From contig JBHLPH010000011.1 of the NCBI GenBank assembly GCA_048939625.1, positions 1 to 62,581 on the forward strand: a DNA stretch of 62,581 bases. The letters run 5' to 3'. This document shows, one piece after another, positions 38,700-47,544 of this stretch. Origin of the DNA: Promethearchaeota archaeon (GTDB lineage Archaea > Asgardarchaeota > Hermodarchaeia > Hermodarchaeales > Hermodarchaeaceae). Made by a program: the position numbers and the translations under genes. The notes under the pieces were generated by a model that did no database searches, was not told the origin of the DNA, and saw only the letters and a list, made by a program, of their open reading frames with translations. Each line of letters opens with the position of its first letter. The stretch's first letter is position 1.

Positions 38700-38867
38700 A
38701 TGAAGCTGATTACTGTGAATCTTCCAGAAGCGTATGTTAATGGAATCGAACGTTTGATTCTCGAGAAGCTGTACCCAAATCGCAGCGAAGCGATTCGAAT
38801 TGCAGTAAGAGATCTTTTGAAAAAAGAGCTTTGGGAGCAGAGTACTCCCCAACCGCAAATAAGGTGA
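38700..38867 (+). CDS. cdrS: CdrS-like RHH regulator of cell division genes
   Basis: MKLITVNLP...YPNRSEAIRIAVRDLL immediately upstream of ftsZ. Confidence 0.85.
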   Translation: MKLITVNLPEAYVNGIERLILEKLYPNRSEAIRIAVRDLLKKELWEQSTPQPQIR

Positions 38868-38873
38868 TAAAGA

Positions 38874-40214
38874 TTGAACAGTGGATTATCCAAACTTGTA
38901 CGTGATGCCGCTCAACGCCCTATGCAGAGAATTCCCCAGTATTCAAAACCTGGGGCTCGGATTATGGTTGCAGGAATTGGTGGGGGTGGAAACAACACCA
39001 TAAATAGGCTAGTTCAAATCGGAATACAAGGTGCAGAATGTATAGCTGTCAATACTGATCAGCAACACCTTGATCATGTACAGGCTCACAAAAAGATGCT
39101 AATTGGCAAAACGATAACGCGAGGATTAGGAACAGGAGGTTTTCCTGAGCTTGGTGCTGCAGCGGCAGAAGAATCACGTCAAGACTTAACTAACCTTCTT
39201 CGAGGAGTAGATTTGCTATTCATTGCTGCTGGACTTGGAGGTGGAACAGGAACAGGAGCTGCTCCGGTAATCGCTGAAATCGCAAAACAAAATGGAGCCA
39301 TAGTTGTATGTACGGTAACTACACCATTCACAATTGAAGGCGCAAGAATTGATAAGGCTCATCGAGGGCTCCAACGATTACGCAGATATGCAGATACCGT
39401 GATAGTAATTGATAATAACAAATTACTTGAAATCGCAAGAGATCTCCCAATTGACGAAGCCTTTAGCGTTGCTGATGAAATACTTGCTAGTATGGTAAAA
39501 GGAGTAACAGAGACTATTAGTCTACCAAGTTTAATCAATCTTGACTTTGCAGACGTACGAAGCGTATTAGCGGGTGGAGGCGTGGCTTTAGTTGGGTTAG
39601 GCGAAGCTACACAATCTGAGACTAAAGATTATGATCGCATCTCTGAAGCAGTGAAGAATTCACTACATTCCCCACTCTTAGGTGACTTGAGCGTAAAAGG
39701 CGCGACAGGTGCACTCATTCACGTAATAGGTGGACCAGACTTAAGTCTTGAAGAAGCCACACGCGTTGCTGACGTTGTGACCCGCCAAATGAGGCATGAC
39801 GCAAGAATAATCTGGGGTGCCAGAATAATCCCTGACTTTGCTGGTTATGTAAGAGTTCTACTTATAGTAACGGGCTTAGAGGGGAATTCCGCTGTGTTAC
39901 CTGGGTTTCGAGGAAATGTCGAAATCTTTGAAGATGTCGACTGGACCTCACTTCAGCTTTATAGATTAGATGCAACTGGAACTGAACATGCCCAAAAGCC
40001 TGGAGAGCAAGCTAAGACTGGGGAGGTAATTAGTTCAATCAAGACGGAAGAGCTGACGCAGCGGGCCCTTGATTCGACAAATGGAAAATCAGAATCTACT
40101 ACTGCGGACCAAGAACCAGCTATTTCCCTTATTGGTTCACCGATTGCTGGAGCTGAACCTCTAAGGGGACTAGGGCTGAAAAAAATTGAATCCACTTCTA
40201 GCGCAAGTACTTAG
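38874..40214 (+). CDS. ftsZ: Cell division protein FtsZ (FtsZ2-like by cdrS linkage) with a long C-terminal tail
   Basis: GIGGGGNN, NTDQQHL, GLGGGTGTG, DNNKL, INLDFADV, IIWGAR. Confidence 0.97.
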   Translation: MNSGLSKLVRDAAQRPMQRIPQYSKPGARIMVAGIGGGGNNTINRLVQIGIQGAECIAVNTDQQHLDHVQAHKKMLIGKTITRGLGTGGFPELGAAAAEESRQDLTNLLRGVDLLFIAAGLGGGTGTGAAPVIAEIAKQNGAIVVCTVTTPFTIEGARIDKAHRGLQRLRRYADTVIVIDNNKLLEIARDLPIDEAFSVADEILASMVKGVTETISLPSLINLDFADVRSVLAGGGVALVGLGEATQSETKDYDRISEAVKNSLHSPLLGDLSVKGATGALIHVIGGPDLSLEEATRVADVVTRQMRHDARIIWGARIIPDFAGYVRVLLIVTGLEGNSAVLPGFRGNVEIFEDVDWTSLQLYRLDATGTEHAQKPGEQAKTGEVISSIKTEELTQRALDSTNGKSESTTADQEPAISLIGSPIAGAEPLRGLGLKKIESTSSAST

Positions 40215-40238
40215 AGATTCATTGACAACTTGAATTGA

Positions 40239-40454
40239 TTATCCACCAATCCACCCCAAGAAAGCTTGCTTCAATTGGTCTAGCTGTATCACAATGGATT
40301 GGAAGAGTCCTTGGGACCATCCCATCACATCAAGAATTACTGTGATTAGGATTGTAATTGTAAGGATTGCAAGTCCTAAAAGAAGTCCTTGTTCAACAAG
40401 TGGAGATCCTCTCTTATTGCGGATGAATTCTTCTATCACCTTGAAGAACATCAT
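40239..40454 (-). CDS. Flp-like pilin with a class III signal peptide
   Basis: FIRNKRG|SPLVEQGLLLGL with Glu at +5; last gene of the Tad-like operon. Confidence 0.8.
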   Translation of the reverse strand: MMFFKVIEEFIRNKRGSPLVEQGLLLGLAILTITILITVILDVMGWSQGLFQSIVIQLDQLKQAFLGWIGG

Positions 40455-40501
40455 AATTGGTCCCGAGAATTACTCTAGTCTTTGTTATATAAGCTCCACA
40501 T

Positions 40502-41161
40502 CTAAAGAAGTGATAACATAAGATGCGATATGAGGATAAATGTACAGCCAAACGCCAGCAGATTAAGCGAAAGTGTTCTCAATGATCCTCCAACGGTCTG
40601 ATTCAGTCGTATCCCTGTAATTATCACAGTGAGAGAAGAAGCAATTAGAATAAAAATCGGCATCGAAGATGAAGGATAATCAGCATTAATCCAAAGACCT
40701 TGATAAAAGGTGAAAGAGAGTAGAGGCGCTATGGCTGCTATCATACCAATAACGACTGAAGAAACAAAAGAAAGGGCGAGTACTTTGACCCTCTGACTAC
40801 TAATTAGATTCTTTCTAGTTTTCGTCAATGAACTGTTTTTCCGAACATGATGTAGAACTTGTAACATTCTTTCCCCTCCCTCTACTGAGCCTTTCTCAAT
40901 AAAACGACCTTGCAACTCAAGTAACCTCGCACTTCGAATGTCACTGGAATTTGCAACTAAATCCGCCCACGCGATTCCAAAAGATTTCGTTCCATTAGTA
41001 ATCTGATTTACCATTTCAACAATTTCGTTTGGAGTCTGTTTTCCAAAATAACGTGTTGTTCTAATCAATGCGTATTCAGGGCTAGTTCCTGAAGATAGAT
41101 CTGTTGATAGTTGAGTAAGGAAATCAAGGAACTGATCAAAATCAGCATCTGATAGATTCAT
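40502..41161 (-). CDS. TadB/TadC-like (T2SS F) membrane platform protein
   Basis: FLTQLSTDLSSGTSPEYAL; C-terminal TM segments. Confidence 0.8.
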   Translation of the reverse strand: MNLSDADFDQFLDFLTQLSTDLSSGTSPEYALIRTTRYFGKQTPNEIVEMVNQITNGTKSFGIAWADLVANSSDIRSARLLELQGRFIEKGSVEGGERMLQVLHHVRKNSSLTKTRKNLISSQRVKVLALSFVSSVVIGMIAAIAPLLSFTFYQGLWINADYPSSSMPIFILIASSLTVIITGIRLNQTVGGSLRTLSLNLLAFGCTFILISHLMLSLL

Positions 41162-41167
41162 TTGTTT

Positions 41168-41857
41168 CTATTCTCCTAATAAAATCAAATCTGTTGGTAG
41201 AAGTGATGAAATCATAATCTTTGAAAGGATGAACTGAATAACTGGTAGAAGGAAAACTATTGGATGATTTCCTAATCCTCGAATGGCTATACCTAAAATG
41301 AAGATAATGGGAACAAATACTAAAACACCTGATATCACCATCAATCTACTTTCCCATTGTAATGTTCGCCACTCAAATCTCCGTTGCAATGCTTCATGGG
41401 CATCAGTAATAACAGCCTCAATATTTGATGTCGAAGCTTCAATAAATTGGATAAAAGTGTGTAAACCTCTTCGAAGAGTAATTGAGGGTTGACTGTCCGC
41501 ATAATGCTGTAACAATTGCTCGGGAGGTGATCCATTATTCAATGGTGTAATCATACCAGTAAATGCCTTTGAAATATCTCCATAGTCTCCTTTAGATACA
41601 TACTCAATAGATTCAAAAATTGACTCTGTTGTAAGATAAATAGTTGCCAATTCTTCTAAAACATGTGGTGTGTCTTTCTCAATTTGCATCAGGGCTTTTT
41701 GATATTTAACAGCGACATTATTTAGAAGAATTAAGAAAATCATCAACACGATTGTGACACTTAAGACGAAAGAACTCAAAATCGATAAGAATTGACAGAG
41801 AAGAAGGGTTGCTACACAAATAATCATAGAACCCACTAGACTTACACCGCCTAACAC
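41168..41857 (-). CDS. TadB/TadC-like (T2SS F) membrane protein; frame open upstream to 41998
   Basis: EKDTPHVLEELA...SIFESIEYVSKGDYGDISKAF...NGSPPEQ; TM segments. Confidence 0.8.
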   Translation of the reverse strand: MLGGVSLVGSMIICVATLLLCQFLSILSSFVLSVTIVLMIFLILLNNVAVKYQKALMQIEKDTPHVLEELATIYLTTESIFESIEYVSKGDYGDISKAFTGMITPLNNGSPPEQLLQHYADSQPSITLRRGLHTFIQFIEASTSNIEAVITDAHEALQRRFEWRTLQWESRLMVISGVLVFVPIIFILGIAIRGLGNHPIVFLLPVIQFILSKIMISSLLPTDLILLGE

Positions 41858-41970
41858 ATGACTTGGTTCAACGGATCCTCTGTAAAAAAATTCCAGAGCA
41901 TCTTTGAATTCAGGAGTAGTAATTTTCTTGAATAGGCGATTTTTTCCAAATGTAACTTTTCCAATAGCAG

Positions 41971-44031
41971 CTAATGTGCGAAGATAGTCGAAGGTCTTTC
42001 ACTTCCTTTCCTTTTTATTTGAGGTTCAGGTAATTTTGGTAAAATTGCTCTTTCAGTAGAATAGACTTTATCGAACGCCTCGGCAATTTCCAGTGGGGTA
42101 AACACATGATTGGAAACAAGTGATGCAAGGGTTTGTCGATATACCTTCAGCCGTTTTCGAATATCTAACTGTGTAAGTCGTTGATATCTACATGCATGAG
42201 AAATTAGTAATGAATTCAATGGAGAAACCTTTTGTTCGAGCTGTCCAGAGGTTTTGCTCCATTCAAATATTGGGTTTAAGGAAGCCTTCTCTGATTCAAA
42301 CTGAACTTCGCTTATCTGCGCAATTTTCCGAATAATGGGACCCTGATTTAGCTCCTTGACCATATGAACCAGAACACCAAGAGATTGAAAACTAACCTCG
42401 GGGATTCCATGGTGTATTTTCCATCGTAGAAGTAATTCTTCATTTGAATTTGCGTGACAAGTTTGCACTCCTCTAATCCCAGCACTTATCGCGTGGAACA
42501 TTGCAGCGCTATGCTCAGCGGTTTGAATTTCACCTAAGAATACCCAATCAGGTGATCGGTGTAACAACCTGATGATTTCATTTGATTTAGTGGACTGAGT
42601 TTTTCCAAATGAATCGAATGGATCAACCTGAAAAGTTACTTTATGCCTATCCGCTTCGTCAATCGAAATGCTTTCAAGTGCATCTTCGATCGAAATCTTT
42701 CTCCAATGAGGGGGCCCAAGTAGATTAATGGCGTTAGCCAATGTCGTCTTTCCTGTTGAGGGTTCACCGCATATTGTTATGTTTATTCGCAGAGTCATAC
42801 AAAGAATAAGGAATGCGGCTGCAGAAAGCGAAATAGTGCCATTCATAACCAACTCTGGTAAAGTTAAGGTCCGTATTCTGATTTTTCGGATATTCAGGTG
42901 AGCTCCTTCATAGGCAAGAGGAGGAATGTCAATCGCAGCCCGAACATGAAATAATTTAGTCTTGAGCTCTGTCTTTAATGAAGGGTTTCTTTCATCTAGT
43001 GGTCTTCGACTTTCAAGACGGAGCCGTGTAATAATATGCGCCAGCTCTGATTCACGTGGAATCAAATTTGATTTACATCGTCCCCAAACTGAATGATCAA
43101 GATAATAGGCTGTACCCGGTTTATCAAGATAAATTTCCTGAACCTCATCATCAAGGAGAAGTGGCATTGATTTTGTTAGATTCAATGATTGCGATGTAGC
43201 ATAAATTGCCAAATTCTTCTGCTCTAAGCTGGATAGCTCCTTGAAATTTGTGGCAAGATAATGTTGAAAACTAGTGATTTTTCGATTAACAAGGTTTTCA
43301 AGAGTCTGGAGTTTTACCTCGTCAAATATATCTGATTGCTGCCTTAAGAAGAGATTCTGTAATAAATTCGGCGTTAGCCCATCACCTAAAGAAACACTTA
43401 CCTGATAGAATTTCTCCAAAGGAACCTCTTCACATTCAAGAATCCTAATAGAGAAGGGTCCAACTTCATATGTTCCTAGTAATTGAATTGGGCCTTCAAA
43501 GAGTCGTGTATTCAAATATCCAATGCTTTTCTTCTTAACACCTAGGTAGATCTCGAAAAAACTATTTGTAGGCTCTTGGCCTTCACTGCTAGGTTGTTTC
43601 TTAATCTCTGAAATTAACTTTGATTTTTCTAAAGCTGAAATAAATTCGTTCATTACTCGAATTCGGGGTACCTTGAAGGTTGATGTTAGGATCTTGTAAG
43701 CAGTATACGGGTTTGTACGCAACTTTCGCTTAATTTCTGGGTATTGGTCTAAAATACCATGGACCCGAGGTTCGAAACTGGTAACAATTGATGCGTATTC
43801 TTTTAGTATCTCCATTCCCATTCGAGGTAGCGTAATGACTTGGTGCTTGGAAATAAATTCACAGGGAAAGACACCATCAATGAACGGTAGGATTTGAAGG
43901 AACTCTTGAAGGCATTTGGAATTGGTGGTGATATTACCCTTTTCAGGCGAATAACATGAACAAATGTCACAGCTGAATGAAAGAATATTCGAGCTGTTTT
44001 GATCCTTAGATACTTGGAAGGGACAAACCAT
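41971..44031 (-). CDS. TadA/CpaF/VirB11-family secretion ATPase
   Basis: PLLLDDEVQEI, IRK, GEPSTGKTT, SIEDALE, RSPDWVFLGEI, TCHA. Confidence 0.92.
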   Translation of the reverse strand: MVCPFQVSKDQNSSNILSFSCDICSCYSPEKGNITTNSKCLQEFLQILPFIDGVFPCEFISKHQVITLPRMGMEILKEYASIVTSFEPRVHGILDQYPEIKRKLRTNPYTAYKILTSTFKVPRIRVMNEFISALEKSKLISEIKKQPSSEGQEPTNSFFEIYLGVKKKSIGYLNTRLFEGPIQLLGTYEVGPFSIRILECEEVPLEKFYQVSVSLGDGLTPNLLQNLFLRQQSDIFDEVKLQTLENLVNRKITSFQHYLATNFKELSSLEQKNLAIYATSQSLNLTKSMPLLLDDEVQEIYLDKPGTAYYLDHSVWGRCKSNLIPRESELAHIITRLRLESRRPLDERNPSLKTELKTKLFHVRAAIDIPPLAYEGAHLNIRKIRIRTLTLPELVMNGTISLSAAAFLILCMTLRINITICGEPSTGKTTLANAINLLGPPHWRKISIEDALESISIDEADRHKVTFQVDPFDSFGKTQSTKSNEIIRLLHRSPDWVFLGEIQTAEHSAAMFHAISAGIRGVQTCHANSNEELLLRWKIHHGIPEVSFQSLGVLVHMVKELNQGPIIRKIAQISEVQFESEKASLNPIFEWSKTSGQLEQKVSPLNSLLISHACRYQRLTQLDIRKRLKVYRQTLASLVSNHVFTPLEIAEAFDKVYSTERAILPKLPEPQIKRKGSERPSTIFAH

Positions 44032-44108
44032 TATTACCGTGGACTTACTTCCGAGATTCCTATTTAAAGCAAGAAAATCCAGAAATAGGACTTTAAATTT
44101 CCTTTATC

Positions 44109-44525
44109 ATGGATACTTTTGAGAAAAAATTGAATCAGAGTTTAGAAAAAATTGTAATAATTGGGTTAAATCTAACATTACTTGTAACCATCGGAATTCC
44201 TTTGCTCTTTACAACAACTAATGTCTTATCACAATCTGAACATGTGATCGAATTCCAACACTTTGTGCAAGAGCTTGACGAATTAATCCTTACAAATGAG
44301 CAAGAACAAAGCTTCCAAACCGCACAGATCCTCGTCCCACCAAACTTAACGCTTGAAGCTGTGAATAACCAATTAATTTTCAAAGTATACATTCAAGACT
44401 GGCATATATTGACACGAACCTACAGACACTCATTACAAGTTATTGGACCCATTTATGCAGGACACAATCAAGTATCAATAAATGCCACCGCTTTGGCCAT
44501 TCTGATTTCATTTCAAAAGTTATAG
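44109..44525 (+). CDS. Pilin-like protein
   Basis: KKLNQSLEK followed by a hydrophobic helix; divergent from the Tad operon. Confidence 0.55.
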   Translation: MDTFEKKLNQSLEKIVIIGLNLTLLVTIGIPLLFTTTNVLSQSEHVIEFQHFVQELDELILTNEQEQSFQTAQILVPPNLTLEAVNNQLIFKVYIQDWHILTRTYRHSLQVIGPIYAGHNQVSINATALAILISFQKL

Positions 44526-44536
44526 GATGACAAGAA

Positions 44537-44779
44537 ATGCTTCTTTTACAATTACTGAAGCTTATTCTAAGTTGTTGGCTTCTGCTACTTCTACTACAAT
44601 CAATAATGAACGATTTTCCTTCTCTAATACTAATATCCGGCTCTATAATCACATCAATGCCATTTACCCTATTACTTGCTTTGCTTGCTGGTATTCCCGT
44701 ATTTCGAGCGGTACTTCTCTTTTCTCTATTTATCTTAGCAGTAATTATTCTCCACATAACTCAACTAGCACTGGGGTAG
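44537..44779 (+). CDS. Small hydrophobic membrane protein
   Basis: 80 aa, almost entirely hydrophobic. Confidence 0.5.
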   Translation: MLLLQLLKLILSCWLLLLLLQSIMNDFPSLILISGSIITSMPFTLLLALLAGIPVFRAVLLFSLFILAVIILHITQLALG

Positions 44780-45772
44780 CATCTTGAGAATATGAGCTTT
44801 CAGTAACTTAGCATAGTGATCTCGTACACTGTATTCCGCCGCGTTAGTTGCCTTTGAAATTAGCCGTTGAGTAAGGATGGGCCGACGTTTTGCTTTCTTC
44901 GCGATTAGCAAATCTGAACTATATACAACTGCAACAGCGAAGATGAACGGATTCCTTCCACCGCGTTCTGAGACGCTTATTCGACTAAATAGTTGGTTAG
45001 CGTGTTTTACCAAATTTGCTTGGTACTCTTGAACCACAAAACCGGCACGACGGAGCCTTAAGCGAACTGCAGCATGGTTAACCGTCTGTGACACAATACG
45101 TTGTAGGTAATCTTCACTAGCTCTTTTAGTGGGTGATAGTGCAATCTTTTTCTTGACCGAGAGCGCCTGACGAATAATTGAGCGGCTTGTTACACGATGA
45201 CCAAGCTTCTGAAACGCCCCAGCAATTTCCTGAAGTGTTATAGGGGCGTTTTCCTTAGATTCGCGTACTGCTAACATTAACCCATATGCCATAAGAGTAA
45301 GATGGCTTGTGATATCACTGTTCTCAAGCTTCTTGTCCATCTTCTGATAATAATATGCAGCCCGATCTTTAATGCCGTCTGCTAATGAGAGTAAATCAGC
45401 CACACGACTTAAGGATCTCAATGCACGGTATGTCGTTTCTCGCTTCGCTATTCGAAGACGAAGATTATAATCGTATTTGAGTCTCCGAAAAAGACGTTGT
45501 CTCTGCGGTGCGAGCGGTCTGCCCGTTCGATCATAGAAGAAGCGACTAGCTTGGTAGTCAATGAAACTTCCTAATCCGCCAACCATGACAGATCGCTTTC
45601 CCAAGGCAACATATGCCTTTGATTGGGAAGAAGAACTGCCATTCTCCTCATGCATTTGGTATGGCGAGCTGACTACCTGTCGTGCCAATACTAGTCCACA
45701 GGCTGCGCATACATATTCCCCGTTTGTGAGTAAGGCGCGTCCCGAACATTCACTACAGTATAGGTTCTCCAT
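44765..45772 (-). CDS. Divergent TFB/TFIIB paralogue
   Basis: Zn ribbon CSEC...GEYVCAACGLV, GGLGSFI, cyclin-like repeats (PITLQEIA; GRNP...LTQRLIS...SVRDH). Confidence 0.85.
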   Translation of the reverse strand: MENLYCSECSGRALLTNGEYVCAACGLVLARQVVSSPYQMHEENGSSSSQSKAYVALGKRSVMVGGLGSFIDYQASRFFYDRTGRPLAPQRQRLFRRLKYDYNLRLRIAKRETTYRALRSLSRVADLLSLADGIKDRAAYYYQKMDKKLENSDITSHLTLMAYGLMLAVRESKENAPITLQEIAGAFQKLGHRVTSRSIIRQALSVKKKIALSPTKRASEDYLQRIVSQTVNHAAVRLRLRRAGFVVQEYQANLVKHANQLFSRISVSERGGRNPFIFAVAVVYSSDLLIAKKAKRRPILTQRLISKATNAAEYSVRDHYAKLLKAHILKMLPQC

Positions 45773-45776
45773 CTAA

Positions 45777-45815
45777 GCATCACTTCAAGCGGCTCTAAAT
45801 CACTCAAAGTGATGC
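45777..45815 (-). promoter_or_regulatory. 15-bp leader hairpin covering the RBS of the TFB paralogue
   Basis: GCATCACTTTGAGTG-ATTTAGAGC-CGCTTGAAGTGATGC ends 4 nt before the ATG and includes GAAGTGA. Confidence 0.5.
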
Positions 45816-45996
45816 AATTCTTAACCTGACTTTCGGGGAGATGGCGTGTGTTCTAAGGGCGACTAAATTTCCACACAGGGACGAAGCCGTTCACTTGAAT
45901 GATTATTTTAATCTGAGAGACACATCAGTGAAACTATTCAACGGCGCAACAATAACGCAATGGACTGTAAGAATCTATGGATAACTATCTTTACAT

Positions 45997-46389
45997 CTAC
46001 TTTGAAAAATAATGGTGTAAGAGGTCAAAGCTAAAGACGATAAGCAGGAAAACGAGGATGACGATGAGGTGGAAGCTGAAGAGAATGTAGAAGGCATACA
46101 TCCTGATTTGAGAGAACCACAACACCATGTCCGCTGAACCCCTAACAACTTGGGGAGATACCAGGAGAAACAATGGAAGATTCCCAAATGCAATGATTAC
46201 ACCAAGCTGGACAAATATCATTAGTTGTTCATCTTGACGAAAATATACGGTGTAGGGAAAGGCGAACCAATTGGCAACGGTGCACAGCCAGTCGAGGTCA
46301 ACTCGCACGGGGATGGGCTGCCAGATGGTGACGAGCCACGTTTCACACAGTGCGAGAAGAAGCATCACACCAACGGTCACTGCATACAA
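45997..46389 (-). CDS. Hypothetical membrane protein
   Basis: 130-aa ORF with several hydrophobic segments. Confidence 0.45.
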   Translation of the reverse strand: MYAVTVGVMLLLALCETWLVTIWQPIPVRVDLDWLCTVANWFAFPYTVYFRQDEQLMIFVQLGVIIAFGNLPLFLLVSPQVVRGSADMVLWFSQIRMYAFYILFSFHLIVILVFLLIVFSFDLLHHYFSK

Positions 46390-46638
46390 AAAAAGTTTCC
46401 CGCTCTTTTTCCGCCAAAGGATATAGAAGATTATGATTCCACTGAGTAAAGTGAGTATAATTGATATTCCCTCAGTTTCTGTTCTCTTGCTGCCTAGAAT
46501 AAATATTACTATTAATGCAACTGGGTATTAGAGTCCGTTTCAGCAATGTGAAAAATCCAAGTCAACATAGATAAAGAACCAACTTCACCGTTAGCATTAT
46601 TCTTCAATGTAGATGTAAATACTGTTTTCTATGGAAGA

Positions 46639-46992
46639 TTAGCCTGAGATCGAGATAAACACTGGCTTCTTAGCTTTGATTCCAGGAATACTTCTTTTTG
46701 CCGTGATACTCCCCTGTAACCCCGAAAAGAATACGATATATCTCGTAGTCGAACGAATCCTCTCAATCTGATAGACTTCCCCCCGAAGAGTAAGGAGCGT
46801 CTTCGTTGATTTAGGTTTGGTTGAACTAATTGAAATATTGACTTTTTGACCATTTTGAAGTGAGCCAACACTATAAGGTAATTCAAATTCAACTTTGATT
46901 TGTTTTCCGACATTGATGGAATACTGGTAGATTTGGCCTTGCGAGGTTTCATTTTTTTCAATGGTGCCAGTCGAAGAAACCAAAAACATCAC
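46639..46992 (-). CDS. rpoG: RNA polymerase subunit Rpo8 (RpoG/Rpb8 homologue)
   Basis: OB-fold pattern VEFELP...GQKVNISIS...LRGEVYQI...FSGL; adjacent to Lsm and tgt genes. Confidence 0.7.
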   Translation of the reverse strand: MMFLVSSTGTIEKNETSQGQIYQYSINVGKQIKVEFELPYSVGSLQNGQKVNISISSTKPKSTKTLLTLRGEVYQIERIRSTTRYIVFFSGLQGSITAKRSIPGIKAKKPVFISISG

Positions 46993-47086
46993 CTAACCTT
47001 ATGAAATACCCCATAATGTGGCTTAACAACATATAAAAACGGATGGATAATCACTACACAAAACCAATAACACCGGAGGACGCACC

Positions 47087-47536
47087 ATGTCGCAAAGTAC
47101 AGGGGCTCGACATTTTTTCAAAGAATTAGCCTCTTTGATAGGAGCCACGGTAGTTGTAACCACCAACACGGGTAAATCTATAACAGGTAAGATGCGTGGA
47201 TATGATCCCTCAACTCTAAGTGTTATCTTAAGCGAAGCACGGGATACAAAAGAAAATCTCTTTCACCGGATATTAATTACTGGTCATACAATAATCGAAC
47301 TGGTAAAAACTGAAGATCCCTTTGATTTGAAAGGTTTAGCAGAGCAACTTGAAACCTTGTTCCCTCCTGGAGAGGTTAGATTCCTTGAAGACGCACGAGT
47401 AATTGTTGTTTTGAATAAGGTTCGTGTCACTGAACAGGGTGTAGAAGGCACAGGACCACTCGCAGACAGAATCAGAAAAGTTTACACTAGATTTGTTGAA
47501 GAACAAGAAGCAAAAGAGGAAGATATCTCCACTTAG
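47087..47536 (+). CDS. Lsm protein with C-terminal domain (SmAP3 type)
   Basis: ELASLIGATVVV...GKMRGYD...LSEA Sm fold; C-terminal VRVTEQGVEGTGPLADR. Confidence 0.9.
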   Translation: MSQSTGARHFFKELASLIGATVVVTTNTGKSITGKMRGYDPSTLSVILSEARDTKENLFHRILITGHTIIELVKTEDPFDLKGLAEQLETLFPPGEVRFLEDARVIVVLNKVRVTEQGVEGTGPLADRIRKVYTRFVEEQEAKEEDIST

Positions 47537-47544
47537 AAGTCGCG

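Noticed and set aside
44527-44787. Alternative 86-aa ORF overlapping the 80-aa membrane protein
   Set aside because: Low-information Ser/Thr-rich translation; the hydrophobic frame is more plausible.
46225-46449. Plus-strand 74-aa ORF and nearby acidic-looking reading
   Set aside because: The flanking plus-strand reading is interrupted by stops; best explained as the antisense shadow of a hydrophobic minus-strand gene.
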